From: Paramecium tetraurelia
Taxonomy: Eukaryota
Length of the DNA: 64,000 nt
Reading direction: 5' to 3'
NCBI GenBank assembly: GCA_000165425.1
Contig: CT868653.1
Coordinates: 1-64,000 of the forward strand
Positions 51,850 through 64,000 of this stretch are shown here, in pieces; within the stretch, counting starts at the first letter, position 1; each line of letters starts with the position of its first letter. Below the pieces are notes generated by a model. The model had not been told where the DNA came from. It made no database searches and saw nothing but the letters and a program-made list of their open reading frames with translations. The position numbers and the translations under genes were made by a program.

Positions 51850-53523
51850 TCATTTAAACTTTGATTTAGTAGCGTTGAATTGTTTCACTGTTGAATTTGA
51901 TTTGATCACAAAAGTTTCAGTCTTTTTTCTTGATGATCGCATTTACCTTTAAAAGGCTGCTTTTAAGCTACCATCATCTTAGTTTTTATCATCATCAGGA
52001 GACTATGTCTAGAATTTCTCATATTGATTTATATTCTTGGAACTGTAAGAAGGTCCAATTAATTTTTCAGTGTGATACTAAGGGATTTTTAAAGGAAAAT
52101 CTTAATTTTATTGCAAATTTTGATCTCTAGGACTCTAAATAGAAACTTGACTTCTAGGAGAGGAAGGACTAAAGGTCAAGGTCTTAGACTGTTTAATTCT
52201 TCTATTAAAATGTCGGTTTGAAAAAATAGTTGGTCTTTTCATTTACAGCTACATTAATTTAGCTAATTGTTCCTAAACAAACCATTAATGATTTAGACAC
52301 TGATGAGAGGTCAATCGTTCTTCAGGATTAGGTTAAAACGTGCCAGTAATAAAATCGAGACCAAGTGGACTCAGGTTTAAGGAACTGAGATCAACTTCGC
52401 CCTCAGCATTTTACTACAATCTTGTATCAGTGTTTCCTTCAAAAGGTAGAGTTCCAGTCGTTAAAATATAAAGTATAACTCCAATGCTGAATACATCAAC
52501 TTTTAAATCATAATTTTGATGATGCAAGATTTCTGGTGCAATAAAACCAGGCGTATCACTACGTATTTAATCATAATTCGATTCTGAATCATAGAAATCA
52601 GCCTATGAGAATTTTCTTAGACAGAGTGTCTCAATGTTATCATCAATTCTAAAAACAATATTATCAGGTTTTAAGTCCCTATAAATTATGTTCTTTGAAT
52701 GCAAATAACATATTGTTTTGACTAATCTAAAAATGATTTTTGCAGCTCTATCTTCTGGGAAACAGATTTCTTTGGCAATGAAGTCCATTAAATTACAACT
52801 CTTAATTAATTCAAGAATGATAAAGACTTGTTCACTGTTTTCAAAGATCTCATAAAATTTGATGGCAAATTCAGATTAAACTCTTCTGTGAATAGAAGTT
52901 CGTTTTATTAATGCAACTCTATAAGCCTCGTCTATGAAAGATTTTTTTTGATATATTTTTACTGCATATTCATTTCCATCATATTTGTTTACGGCTTTAA
53001 AAACCTATTAGGGAAATATAGAAGTTCATACTTATGACGATTAACCTTTCCCAATTATCTTTTTCATATAATATGTAGCGTCGAAATCACATTGTATTGT
53101 ATAGCTTTTAAGATACCCAAGCCATGATTTAGCATCGCAAAATATTTCAATAACATCGAAACATTTTATGAGTCTCAAGGCTGAACCAAATTTTGGGTGA
53201 TAAAAAAGTTCTATTATAGCGTTCTCAATGTCAATCCATTTAGTTCTACCCTAAATAAAAAGTAAAGTGAATATGCTACTTTTTTTGTCTGGTAAAATAA
53301 ATAGTTGGCGACACTGGATAATGTTTTAGACTTTACTACTGCTTACTGATTTACAAATTTAACTTCATCAGAAATTGTCTGGTTTGCTATTGATATAGGA
53401 ATTGTGGACTTGGACCATTGCATTGTTGAGTAGGAGATCTAGAAGAATGACTTACTGTGTTTATATTCACAACTAAGGACAGTTTGAAAAATAAATTTAC
53501 CTTGGATTAAGATCCTTTATCAT
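51850..53523 (-). CDS. CAMK-like kinase domain with N-terminal PH-like region; probable pseudokinase
   Basis: IIGKGQSSQV, YAVK, IYRDLKPDN, TPGFIAPE and DVFSIGV present; DFG position reads KFS. Confidence 0.85.
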
Positions 53524-53860
53524 TCCAGATGCTTCTTTACTAAATTAATTAACTAAATTTGATGATATTTAAACTGAGATTTGATAATTTTACATACTGT
53601 GAAGTGAATAAATAATAATGAATTGATTATTAATACTATTAAAGAACAACAAAATAATATTGTCTTACTAAAGTTTTGCAATAAATTTATAAATCAATTT
53701 AATAGGAAATTATCCAATTTGAAAATTGATTAATTGCATATTCGTTGAATGTCATTTAGACTATTTTAATGTGAAGAGACATGAAGAATACTTTGTTCCT
53801 TTAATGACTCTCTTGAGTACTATATGTTATAAAATAAATTAATTAAAATATAGAATAAGG

Positions 53861-55482
53861 ATGGACGTATTTTTAATAATAATCTCCTGTATAATAGCCG
53901 TTCTGCTGCTGGGAATCAACATTTATATACTAGCCTTATATTGTCATCGTATCGCATTCATATGAATTAATTTTAGCATCTGATTCTGGATTTGGAGCTT
54001 CTTTATTTTGTAAAATATTAGTAGTACTTGGCTTCACATTGGCATGGGGACAAATCTTATTAGTATCAGCAGATATATCAGCATCTAAGTATTATGATGA
54101 ATCATTTAGGGGTGTCTTTACAACCGAAGGAGATGCAATGATGATTGTGTGGTATGTTATATATTGCACTATTCTGGGAATGGTGGCATTTTTAATCCCA
54201 TGCGCTCAGTTTTATTATGAAAGTGATGAGGATAAGCCATTAATGAAACGACTATTAGAGGTTATGTGCTATGAATTCATATTACTGGGTGTACTTTTAA
54301 CCTTATTGTTGGTTGGATTTACATATCTTGGAACCGCAAGGATACCTGTTCATACAATCACTTAGACTTTTGATAGTTAGATTTCAGCTACATTCCCAAT
54401 TGTGTTGAGCAATTATGCTTTCAATTAGGTATCAAATGCTTTGCAATTAGATTGAAAGTGATACCAATGTAGAGATTTCAGTATCCTTTCCTGTGTTTTT
54501 GATGGGGTTCTTGGCATTTATTGGATGGTTTTTGTTAGTGTTGTTTGGTGGAGTTGGTCTTTCTGCACTGCCTATAGATTTAATTTAGGAATACATCAGC
54601 AGACCTAAAATAATGAAATCGTCTGAGGCTATGGAAAAAAAGATGAGATTAAAGAAATAAGCAGTTGAGTTGATATAATTTGGTTAATAAATTCAAGAGG
54701 AAGAAAAAGAGTTGGCTTTAGTAAATGGATTTATGGCAGAAAGAAAAGTGAAAAATCAAATTAAATAAAAAGCTAAGAAGTTTTAGGCTGCAACTGAAGC
54801 ACTTACAAATGAACATGAAATATTTAAAATGGAATTAGAATATTAGAATGTCAATCCTGTGGTTTGGGTTTTCAAACTCATTTTAGGAATTATATTCATA
54901 ATTTTATCTTTGTTATGGATTTTATAAATGTATTACATTTTATTATCATAAATTAGATTGTTGTATATGCTCATTAAAATCAATGGATTCCCAGCTTATA
55001 GTTTTTTAAACAAGATGTTCATTTATTTAGAAGGAACTGTGATGTCATTTATTGGTACAATTTTATTGGCTCTCTTTACCTTGTATTTATTGGGTTGCAC
55101 TTATAAGGGCAACTTGAAATTCGGACTCAGAATTCCCTTTCTCTTTACAATATATCCAATGAAAGTGAATGAGACATTTATGAACAGTTTCCTTTTCAAC
55201 GCAAATCTATTACTAATTACTTCAGTCGCTGTTACTCAATTTAGCATACAAGCCTTTTCAGAATACACTTAAAATTCACAAATCGCTTTGATGTTCTTAG
55301 GCTAGATCTAATATTTATATTTCTTCACTTGGTTCTTTGATTATAATGTGTTTGTAATAGCACTACTTTCCTGGACTGGGATAGTTTTAATCTATTTGCT
55401 TGTACGGAAACCACCTAAGCCTTATGCATTAGTAGAAATCGAAAAAAGGAAGACCTAAGATTTTGAATTATAAAAAAAATGA
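53861..55482 (+). CDS. LMBR1-domain membrane protein (LIMR-like)
   Basis: LIPCAQFYYESDED, GGVGLSALPIDLI, FTIYPMKVNETFMNSFLFN, TQFSIQAFSEY. Confidence 0.9.
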
Positions 55483-55791
55483 ATAGTATAACACTGCTTA
55501 GATAATAGCTGTCTAAATTACTAAATATAATGAATCCAATTGCAATATTATATTAAATTTCAATTTCTTCTTCATTCTATATACCTAAATGACCATCAAA
55601 TGTCTGATGTAGAACTTATACACTGTGTGTTTTATGCAAATATTCGTATGAAATTAAGGGTACAAATTTATTTATAAATTTTAGTACCTCAACTGAATTA
55701 ATAAATTTTCCTTTTGTAATAATACATAATGGAGAATAAATAATTTTAGTTGTGATTTATATATAAATTTCCCAAATAATTCTAGCAATAG

Positions 55792-58550
55792 ATGTTGAGA
55801 ATCTAATATAAAAATTCAGATATTAAAAAAATGAAAAATTAGAATAAATTAGAGACTCTTTCTATATATCCCAACGATAGTGATTCTTAAGAGATATATC
55901 CCTTATATGACATAGAGATAGCAAGAATTTTTGACACCGAAGACTTTTTATAATAAACATTGTACACTATAATTCGACAATGCTATGGGTATAGGAATTT
56001 AACAAGGATGTGGCCTAAATTATCATAATAATAGTTAACTAAAGGTAAGTATGAGAACTATTATCAAAAAATAATCAATAATCGAATTTCGAGATTTCCC
56101 TAATTAAATTTATAAGGCATTCAATAGATAGAAGGGAAGCGCTATAAGATAGTATTATATTCAGAATTGATGTTCAAATTGCATCCTTAAAAAATGTTAT
56201 GTTGCATTTGTGAAAAAGAAATATTACTTAGCATTGTTGAGGAGCATTCTTAATTGTGTCTTAAAAAACACATGCTAAACAAGGACATTTACGCATTGTA
56301 GGATAAGATTTAGGAGTTATCGGAGGAAATTAACAATAAGGAGATTGAACTTATAACTAAAATAAATTTGTATAGTAAATAAAGGATGTCAGAGAAAAAT
56401 TTAAGCCATTAAAACAGTCCAGTAATGAGCAGAAGCAAATAACAAATTACTCTTTCAAAGTTTGCTCAATAGAGTGATTAGAGATAAAGAGGAATTTAAA
56501 GAGCAAAAACCATTAACATTTCAGAAGACAATAGCATTAGTGAGTTCCCAACATTTCATTAAAGAAAGCCAGGTAGGAATTTCACTCGCTTGGAGTCGTC
56601 TATGAGCATGAGTCCAGATAGCCAAAAATAAATAAAATGTGCTATATCTTTACTGAAAGTCACTCAACAATATTGCTAAAAAATATTAAAATAGGATAAT
56701 TCATTTGGTTTAGACATAGATGCCAAATTTTAATCTTTGATCAAATTAGGATTACCTGAGATTAACCATTTGAGCGATGTAAGCGAATTAATGAAGAGAT
56801 CCTTAAGTTTAATTACACAACGATTGGAATTAAATAAGTAAGTCAATAAGATTGATGCTGCTTAAGTATAATTGTAATGTGGATCTATTGAAAAATTAAA
56901 GAAAATCTTCCAAAAAGGATTATCAAACTCTTATAAATAAGCAGGAACCTCATTAATTAGTAGAAATAAAAAAGGAGTTAATACTGGAGGCAAAGTGAGA
57001 ATTATGGATTTAGTGAAACCTCTTAAATCTAAATTCAATCAAAGATAGTTTAAGGAGGATTAGGAAGAATGTTTATATCAACATTAATAAACTCCAATTT
57101 AAGAATAGAAAATTGATTCTTTAGAATTCATCACGTTTTCTCCTTCTGAAGAGAATGTAAATTAGAATACAAACAAATAATAATAATTAAACATTCACAT
57201 TTATTCTCAATAAGAAGATGATGACAGTGATGATGTTCAATAGAATCTGTTCATTAGAGGGTATTATTCTGATTCTGGAATCACATTGCGGATTCCATAA
57301 TATACTAAAAAGATGTAATTTATTTTATAATATCATTAATTCTAGAATGACAGTAGGATTAAAAGATTTTGAATTTTAAGAGGTATTAGGAGTGGGAGCA
57401 TATGGAGCTGTTTGGAAGGTTAGAAAATTAAAAACTAATGATGTTTATGCTATGAAAGTGATTGACACTCAATAATAATCTAGTCAGAACTTTTTAGAAA
57501 CCCTTAAGGCTGAAAGTACTATCTTTTCAGTTCTTGAAGGAGATTTCGTTGCAAAAGCTTACTATTCCTTTAGTCATTCAGATTGTTTATTTTATGTCCT
57601 GGAATATGTAAAAGGAGGCGATTTTGATAAGATTCTTAGAAAATATGGTGCCTTGGATGAACCAATTGCCAAATTCTACATTGGAGAATTGCTCTTGGCC
57701 ATTGAGGCTTTACACAAAAAGCAAATCATTCACAGAGATTTGAAACCACAAAATATATTGATAGATGGGAAAGGTCACCTAAAATTAACTGATTTTGGAT
57801 TGTCGGAGATAGGAATGAAATTATACATGTAGCATTCTGAACCTAGCCAAGCTCTTAAATTACAATAATAATTGGATAATAACATTAAGGATTTGGTAAG
57901 CAGCGAGCCAAAGTCTCCAAGATTTGATCATTGCATTTCAATTAAGGCCAGCAATCATAATAAACATAGAGTTGTTGGCACTCCAGATTACATAGCTCCT
58001 GAAGTAATTAGAGGAGAATCTATAAGCAACGAATCCCTTGATCAATGGAGTTTAGGTGTAATCACTTATGAATTCTTGGTGGGTATCCCTCCTTTTAATG
58101 ATGATACCCCAGAGAAGATCTTTGAAAATATCTTACAAAGGAACATTACCTGGCCAGAAATTGGAGATGGAGAAAATTAATTGAGTTTAAATGCATAGGA
58201 CTTTATTGAGAGATTATTGGATCCTAATTATAAGACAAGGATGACAGTTGAAGAAGCCAAAAAACATCCCTTTTTTAAGGGTTGTAAATTTATTTCCTAT
58301 TTTAGATATCAATTTCGATACACTTCGTAAATAACCAGCTCCAATCATACCAGATAATGCACCTGACGATCAACCTTTATTATTAATAAAGAAATAGAGA
58401 GAGAAAGAAAAATTAACAAAACTACTTCGTGATACTTCTAGCGAAAACTCTACCATTTCAAAACTAGGCGTAGATAACTTATTAAGGCTTGATTTACTTG
58501 TAGAAATGAACTAATAAAAGGCTCATTAACTAAGAAAAAAATATCATTGA
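55792..58550 (+). CDS. AGC kinase of the MAST/Greatwall/IRE/Rim15 group with N-terminal C2HC finger
   Basis: CCICEKEILLSIVEEHSQLC; GVGAYGAVW; IHRDLKPQN; LTDFGLSEIG with long insert; VVGTPDYIAPE; GIPPFNDDTPEKIFENIL. Start may instead be 55831. Confidence 0.88.
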
Positions 58551-59172
58551 AGTGTTGACAAATTTCTACATAATTGTTTTAAAGTGTTTAATTTAGTGTA
58601 TTTAAATTAATTATTTGATAACTTATAAACTAATTAAATATATGAGTTCTGAACATTTGGTCTTAATACATTACTGTTGTAAAATCTTAAAAGTATCGGC
58701 AATATTATAAAAGTAAAAATCTAATTACAAAACAGGAGATGTAAATATTAACATAATCTAATTTTTTTTAATAGAATGAAAATCTAGACACTTAGAAAAC
58801 AATTTATTCATTTAGATTCCATACTGTAATTTAAATAGTGTGCTATATATAATTAATTTTCTATAATATCATTATATTAGAATAATTAAGTATTTTATCC
58901 AATAAATCTTACCTTTGTGAAATTATTTTTATACTTTAAACATGTATAAACTGAATGCGAAGAATAGATATGCATTAGATTTAGATATTATTTCTATCAA
59001 TTGTGATAAATGGATATTGCATAAATGCTTTAATCTAGATAAATGTATAAAAGGATAGATTTTAAGATTCTAAGATAAATACTAATTATTGTTCTTATCT
59101 TTTTTAATAATAAAATAAAAATTGAAAATAAGATGTAAATAACAATTGTCTAGTTTATATTTTTGATTCAAT

Positions 59173-60323
59173 TCAATTCAATTTGCATAGTATCTAAAAA
59201 TTAAAAAGTATCTAATTATTCCAAGTCTTATTGATACAAAATGATACTTTTGATAGCCTCCTACATCTCCGAAAATGTTAGATTTCCTATTTAAGTAATC
59301 ATATTGAATTGAACTAATTTCTCTATAATTTTTTTGTAAATTGATTCTAAAATGACCTCCTGTTTTAAAAGAGTGTAACTGATTTTGACATTAGCAATAT
59401 AATTCTTATAATTTTCCAAGTATTATTTATTTTAAACTCTATTCTAAGAAGTGCATATGACTTAGGCTTCTGATTTTTCCTTGTCAATTATAATTAATGC
59501 TGAGACTGCCTCATAAGTTTTTAAAATTATAGCATACTGGAATTACATCAAAACTTCCTCACTCATATTGTTTCTATCTTCATGGCATACAATGACTGGG
59601 CAATTTTGATGAGATTCTAAAATGATAAATTAATTATCAATTCTACTTAAATAATTGATTGATTAACCCAGCAATTATACAAATCGACTTAGTAATTATG
59701 TGCTTGGATCCAGTATTTGATTCTTATCTTTGTTATTGATTGTTAGATAGTAATTCAAGTAGTCCTCTTCTAATTCCAATATTTCAAATCTTTCTTCAAT
59801 TTTCTTCAAGTCTTTTAAATCGTTTTCGAATGTAGTATAATCTTCCAATTTTTTAGTTAGGGTAGCATATTCCTGATAAACTTAAAAATAATACTTGTAG
59901 AAGATTCTGAGTTCCTGATTGAGGTAAATGATCTAAATTGATTTCCTTCACTTTTTTTCTCATTTCATAGTATTCTGCCAAAGAGGATTAATAATCTTCT
60001 ATCATTTCTTTAAAGCTCTCCTTTAATTTGAAATAGGATTGTAGATCCTCCTCAATGTCTTACAATTTTTGCTAGAGCTTTTGGCTTTACTCAAATTTTT
60101 CCTTTAATTAATTAGACTAATCCAATATTTTCTATAATGACTCGGTCACATCCTTAATTCTATCTCCAACTTGGAGTAATTTGTGGTAATTAAATTAAAG
60201 AAGTGATTATAAATCCTATTGGATGCTTTCTTTAGAATGAATGTTGCTCCTGTTGTGGAATTGATGTGGGTGGTGCTGGTATTATTGCATTAGATATGTA
60301 CAGTCGATTTAGAAGTATGCCAT
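59173..60323 (-). CDS. Hypothetical coiled-coil protein
   Basis: Open under code 6 with one tiny intron; E/K/Q-rich helical sequence. Confidence 0.65.
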
Positions 60324-60523
60324 TTAATTGAAAAATAAAATATTAAAAAGGAAGCGAATTCAATTTGAGCCTGATTAGGGCTATGTTTTCATAGAAATAA
60401 ATTTTTTATATAAATTTGTTAAAGCCTAATAAAATTAATAATACAAGATATTATGACAGGATATTGTATATTATTATAAATTTATGTTAAAATAATCTTT
60501 CTAAATCTATAAATAAATTAAAT

Positions 60524-63500
60524 ATGCTTAGATTCATAGCAAGAAATCTCAATAATGTTTATAAATTTTCCGAATTGTAAAAGTTCGGAGCCTCTTTTCT
60601 TGGTTCTGGAAACGCTGAGTATTTGGAAAATCTATTTGATTAATGGTATTTGGACAATAAATCAGTCCCTGCCACTTGGGATGCATATTTCAGACAAGTT
60701 CTGGAAACGAATAATTTTGATTTCACTCCTGAACCTTAGAAGGGTTAAGCAGTTTCAGCTAGATTGGATGTATGAATAATCTATAAACCACTAGGGGTAA
60801 TCGGGATTAAGGAAATTACTGAGTGATCACTTTAGAGTGTTGTTGCTAATAAACAAATACAGACATAGAGGACATGAGAAGTCATAGGTGGATCCATTGG
60901 ATTTAGAGCACATTTAGTAAATAGGCAAGGTGAAAGGATATACTAAATTGGATTATCGTGAATTTTTCGCAGAAGAGGATTTGGACAGAGAATTTTATAT
61001 ACACGCTGTAGGAAGCACAGGAATAACAAAGGACAAATAAAGTAAGGGATTTCAATAGTAATTAGTGATGAAACTGAGAGACCTAATAAATTATTTAGAA
61101 AAGGCCTATTGCGGAAAAATATCATATGAGTATATGCACATTCAATCAAACGAGGAAAGAGATTGGTTTAGACATCAAATAGAGAAATATGATGAATTTA
61201 TGCCGAGTAAAGAGTAGAAATTGAAGACTTTTGAGAGGTATAGATTAGTTTGACCATAACAAATAGATTAGGGTAGGAGCATGCATTTAGTACATTTTTG
61301 TAGAAGAAATTCAATACATCAAAGAGATTTGGAATAGAAGGATGTGATTCTATGATTTCTGGGTTGTAATCTTTGATAGATGAAGCAGCAAGTGCAGGGG
61401 CAGAACATGTAGTATTTGGAATGGCACATAGAGGAAGATTAAATACTCTTTACAATGTGTTTTAGAAATCAGCAGAAGAAATCATGGTTGAATTCTAGGA
61501 TTTGAAGAGTACATTTAATGAAGATATTTGGGGTAATTCTGGAGATGTGAAATATCATTTGGGTTCAGTTCATAATGTGCTATTTGGAGATAAGAAATTA
61601 AGATTGGAAATGTTGCCTAATCCATCTCATTTAGAAACTGTGGATCCTTGTGTTTATGGAAAGGTCAGGGCTATCTAGGATTATTTCTAAGATTCAAAGA
61701 GAGAAAAGGCTTTTGGAGTATTGATTCATGGAGATGCTGCCGTTTCAGGTTAAGGAATAGTTTATGAAGCATTACAAATGGCAGATTTAGAAGGTTATAA
61801 GTCTGGTGGTATCATACATGTGGTATCCAACAATTAAATTGGATTCACTACTGTTCCTAAGGACAGCAGATCTGGATTGTATTGCACAGATATTGCTCAT
61901 GCTATTTAAGCACCAGTCATTCATGTCAATGCTGATGAACCTGAACTAGTTGACAAAGTGTTTAAGATTGCGACTGAATACAGATACAAATTTAAGAGAG
62001 ACATTTTTATTGATTTAGTTGGATATAGAAGATATGGACATAATGAGTAAGATCAGCCTAAATTCACTTAACCTATTATGTATGAGAAGATTGACAAGAC
62101 TCCTCCTGTTTTTATTAAATATAGTGACAAATTGATTGCTCAAGGTATCGTGACCAAAGAACAAGTGGACACTTTGATGAAGACTCATGAAGACAATCTT
62201 GAACTGGCTTATCAGAAATCTAGAAAAATGGATTACAATCTCAAGGATTGGCAACCAGTGCCATGGGAAATGATCAAGGTTCCAGTCCTTTGGGGAAGAA
62301 TCAAAGATACCGGTGTTCCTTTGAATGTGTTAAAAACATTAGGGGAAAAAATCAATAAGATACCTAATGAATTCCATGCTCATCCTTAGATCAGAAAATT
62401 TTATGAAGAGAGATTGTCATGGATTCAAAAAGATCAACCTATTGATTTTGCTACTGCTGAAGCTTTGGCATTTGGAACTCTTCTTCATGAGGGATTCAAT
62501 CTAAGACTGTCCGGAGAGGATGTTTAAAGGGCAACTTTCTCTCACAGACATGCCGTTATACATGATTAAAAGGATCCTAACGGTTAAGATTATGTCCCAT
62601 TGCATAATGCTATTCCCAAGGGATAAGAACAAAGACTCAGTATTTACAATTCTCATTTATCTGAATATGGAGTTCTTGGGTTCGATTATGGTTACTCTAT
62701 CACAAATCCAAATACGTTAGTGTTGTGGGAGGCATAATTTGGTGATTTTGCAAATGGAGCATAAATTATTATTGATAATTATATAGCAAGTGCAGAATCC
62801 AAATGGGATGTCGATAGTGGATTGGTTATGTTGTTACCAAATGGTATGGATGGACAAGGTCCAGAACATAGTTCAGGGAGAGTTGAAAGATTTTTGTAGT
62901 TGAGTGATGATGACCCTGCCGTTTTTGAAAAAAATCTCGGAGGTAATCTAATTATTTATATCTACTAGTCAGATTAACTAGATAGATGAGAAATTCAAAT
63001 ATGCAAATTGTGTAATGCACTACTCCTGCCAATTACTTCCATGCTCTCAGAAGACAATTAAGAAGAGATTTCAGAAAACCTTTGATTGCCATGACGTCCA
63101 AAAGACTTTTAAGATTGCAAGCAGCCAAATCTAAACTTACTGAACTTACTACTCAATTCAATCAAGTTTATGATGAAGCTCTTCCTGAATTCCTTGTTCA
63201 ACCCAATTAAGTCAAAAGAGTTATATTATGCTCAGGATAAATTTATTATGATTTACTCAAAAAAAGAGAAGACCTCAAACAAAATGTAATTCTATTTCAT
63301 TTATTTTCCTTAGAATGTTGCTATTCTCAGAATTGAACAGTTGGCTCCATTCCCTTATGAGTTCTTATAAAAAATCATTGGCAAATACAATCAAGCAGAA
63401 TTCGTCTGGGTCTAAGAAGAACATATGAATTATGGTCCTTGGGCATTTGTCAGACCAAGAATCTAAAGTGTACTAGCCAAGACTACAAATATTTCTAATT

Positions 63501-63610
63501 CACCTATCCAGTATATTGGCAGAAGACCAAGTGGATCACCAGCTACTGGTTTTCATTAATTGCATGATAAGGAAATCTAGACCCTTTTATAGAAGGCCTT
63601 TGAAATTTGA
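60524..63610 (+). CDS. OGDH: 2-oxoglutarate dehydrogenase E1, mitochondrial
   Basis: [99 protein letters not shown]. Confidence 0.98.
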
Positions 63611-63725
63611 TCAATTATGTTATTATTCAATTCTTGTATTTTATTTTTCGATATTTATCAATCCACTAAATCACTTAAATGAAATATCAAAGACAAAAAA
63701 GCATTCCATAATTTTATTATTTTTA

Positions 63726-64000
63726 ATGCTAACAGAAGATGTTGTATTCTACTCAATTGCTACTACCATCCTTTTCATCTATGTCGTCTATTTGATATGG
63801 GAATATTCAGCAAAGGATGTGCCCTTATACATCAAGATTTTAACCTTCATTTCTTGGATGTTGACCTTTTCAATTGTGTTAGTCTTACCAATTGACATTG
63901 CCAATGTTATTATAAGATTTTAAGATTTTAGTCGACCAAATAGCTCAATGAGGAGTAGTAACAAGAGACCATGGGGAATATCAAAATATTATGGAGAATT
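63726..64000 (+). CDS. LMBR1-family protein (LMBRD2-like), 5' part; runs off the window end
   Basis: TM segments, TFISWMLTFSIVLVLPIDIA, then after an intron ..IKILWRI. Confidence 0.75.

Noticed and set aside
58800..58840. TACTGTA resembling an IES end
   Set aside because: No matching partner end and no interrupted gene; expected by chance in AT-rich DNA
53861..64000. Two LMBR1-family genes within 10 kb as a tandem duplication
   Set aside because: They look like different ancient subfamilies with little similarity and three genes between them

Overview
AT-rich, gene-dense eukaryotic DNA from a ciliate macronuclear genome, almost certainly Paramecium. TAA/TAG encode Gln, TGA is the only stop, introns are 20-34 nt GT..AG, and intergenic spacers are often under 60 nt. 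The supplied ORF track uses the standard code, so it is fragmented and full of antisense shadows; I re-translated by eye with code 6 and gene boundaries are approximate where introns are ambiguous. About 40 protein genes are supported. Conserved ones include a P-type-ATPase/guanylyl cyclase fusion (spanning a 257-N gap), sterol O-acyltransferase, NOC3, DPM1, ARL8, TCF25, YIPF, a vacuolar sorting receptor, POLR1D, ERK7/MAPK15, OSCP, calcineurin A, XPC/Rad4, two LMBR1-family genes and OGDH. I found no rRNA, tRNA, CRISPR array or transposon. The most unusual signal is the number of intact genes that look catalytically dead: a bacterial-type 2OG-Fe dioxygenase with both Fe-binding His replaced by Asn, a tandem pair of membrane-anchored pseudo-GTPases, a GBP-like pseudo-GTPase, a calpain without its triad, a DFG-less kinase and a TFIIS lacking its zinc ribbon. 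I cannot demonstrate a new multi-gene system from sequence alone, and all family assignments come from motif recognition, not database searches.
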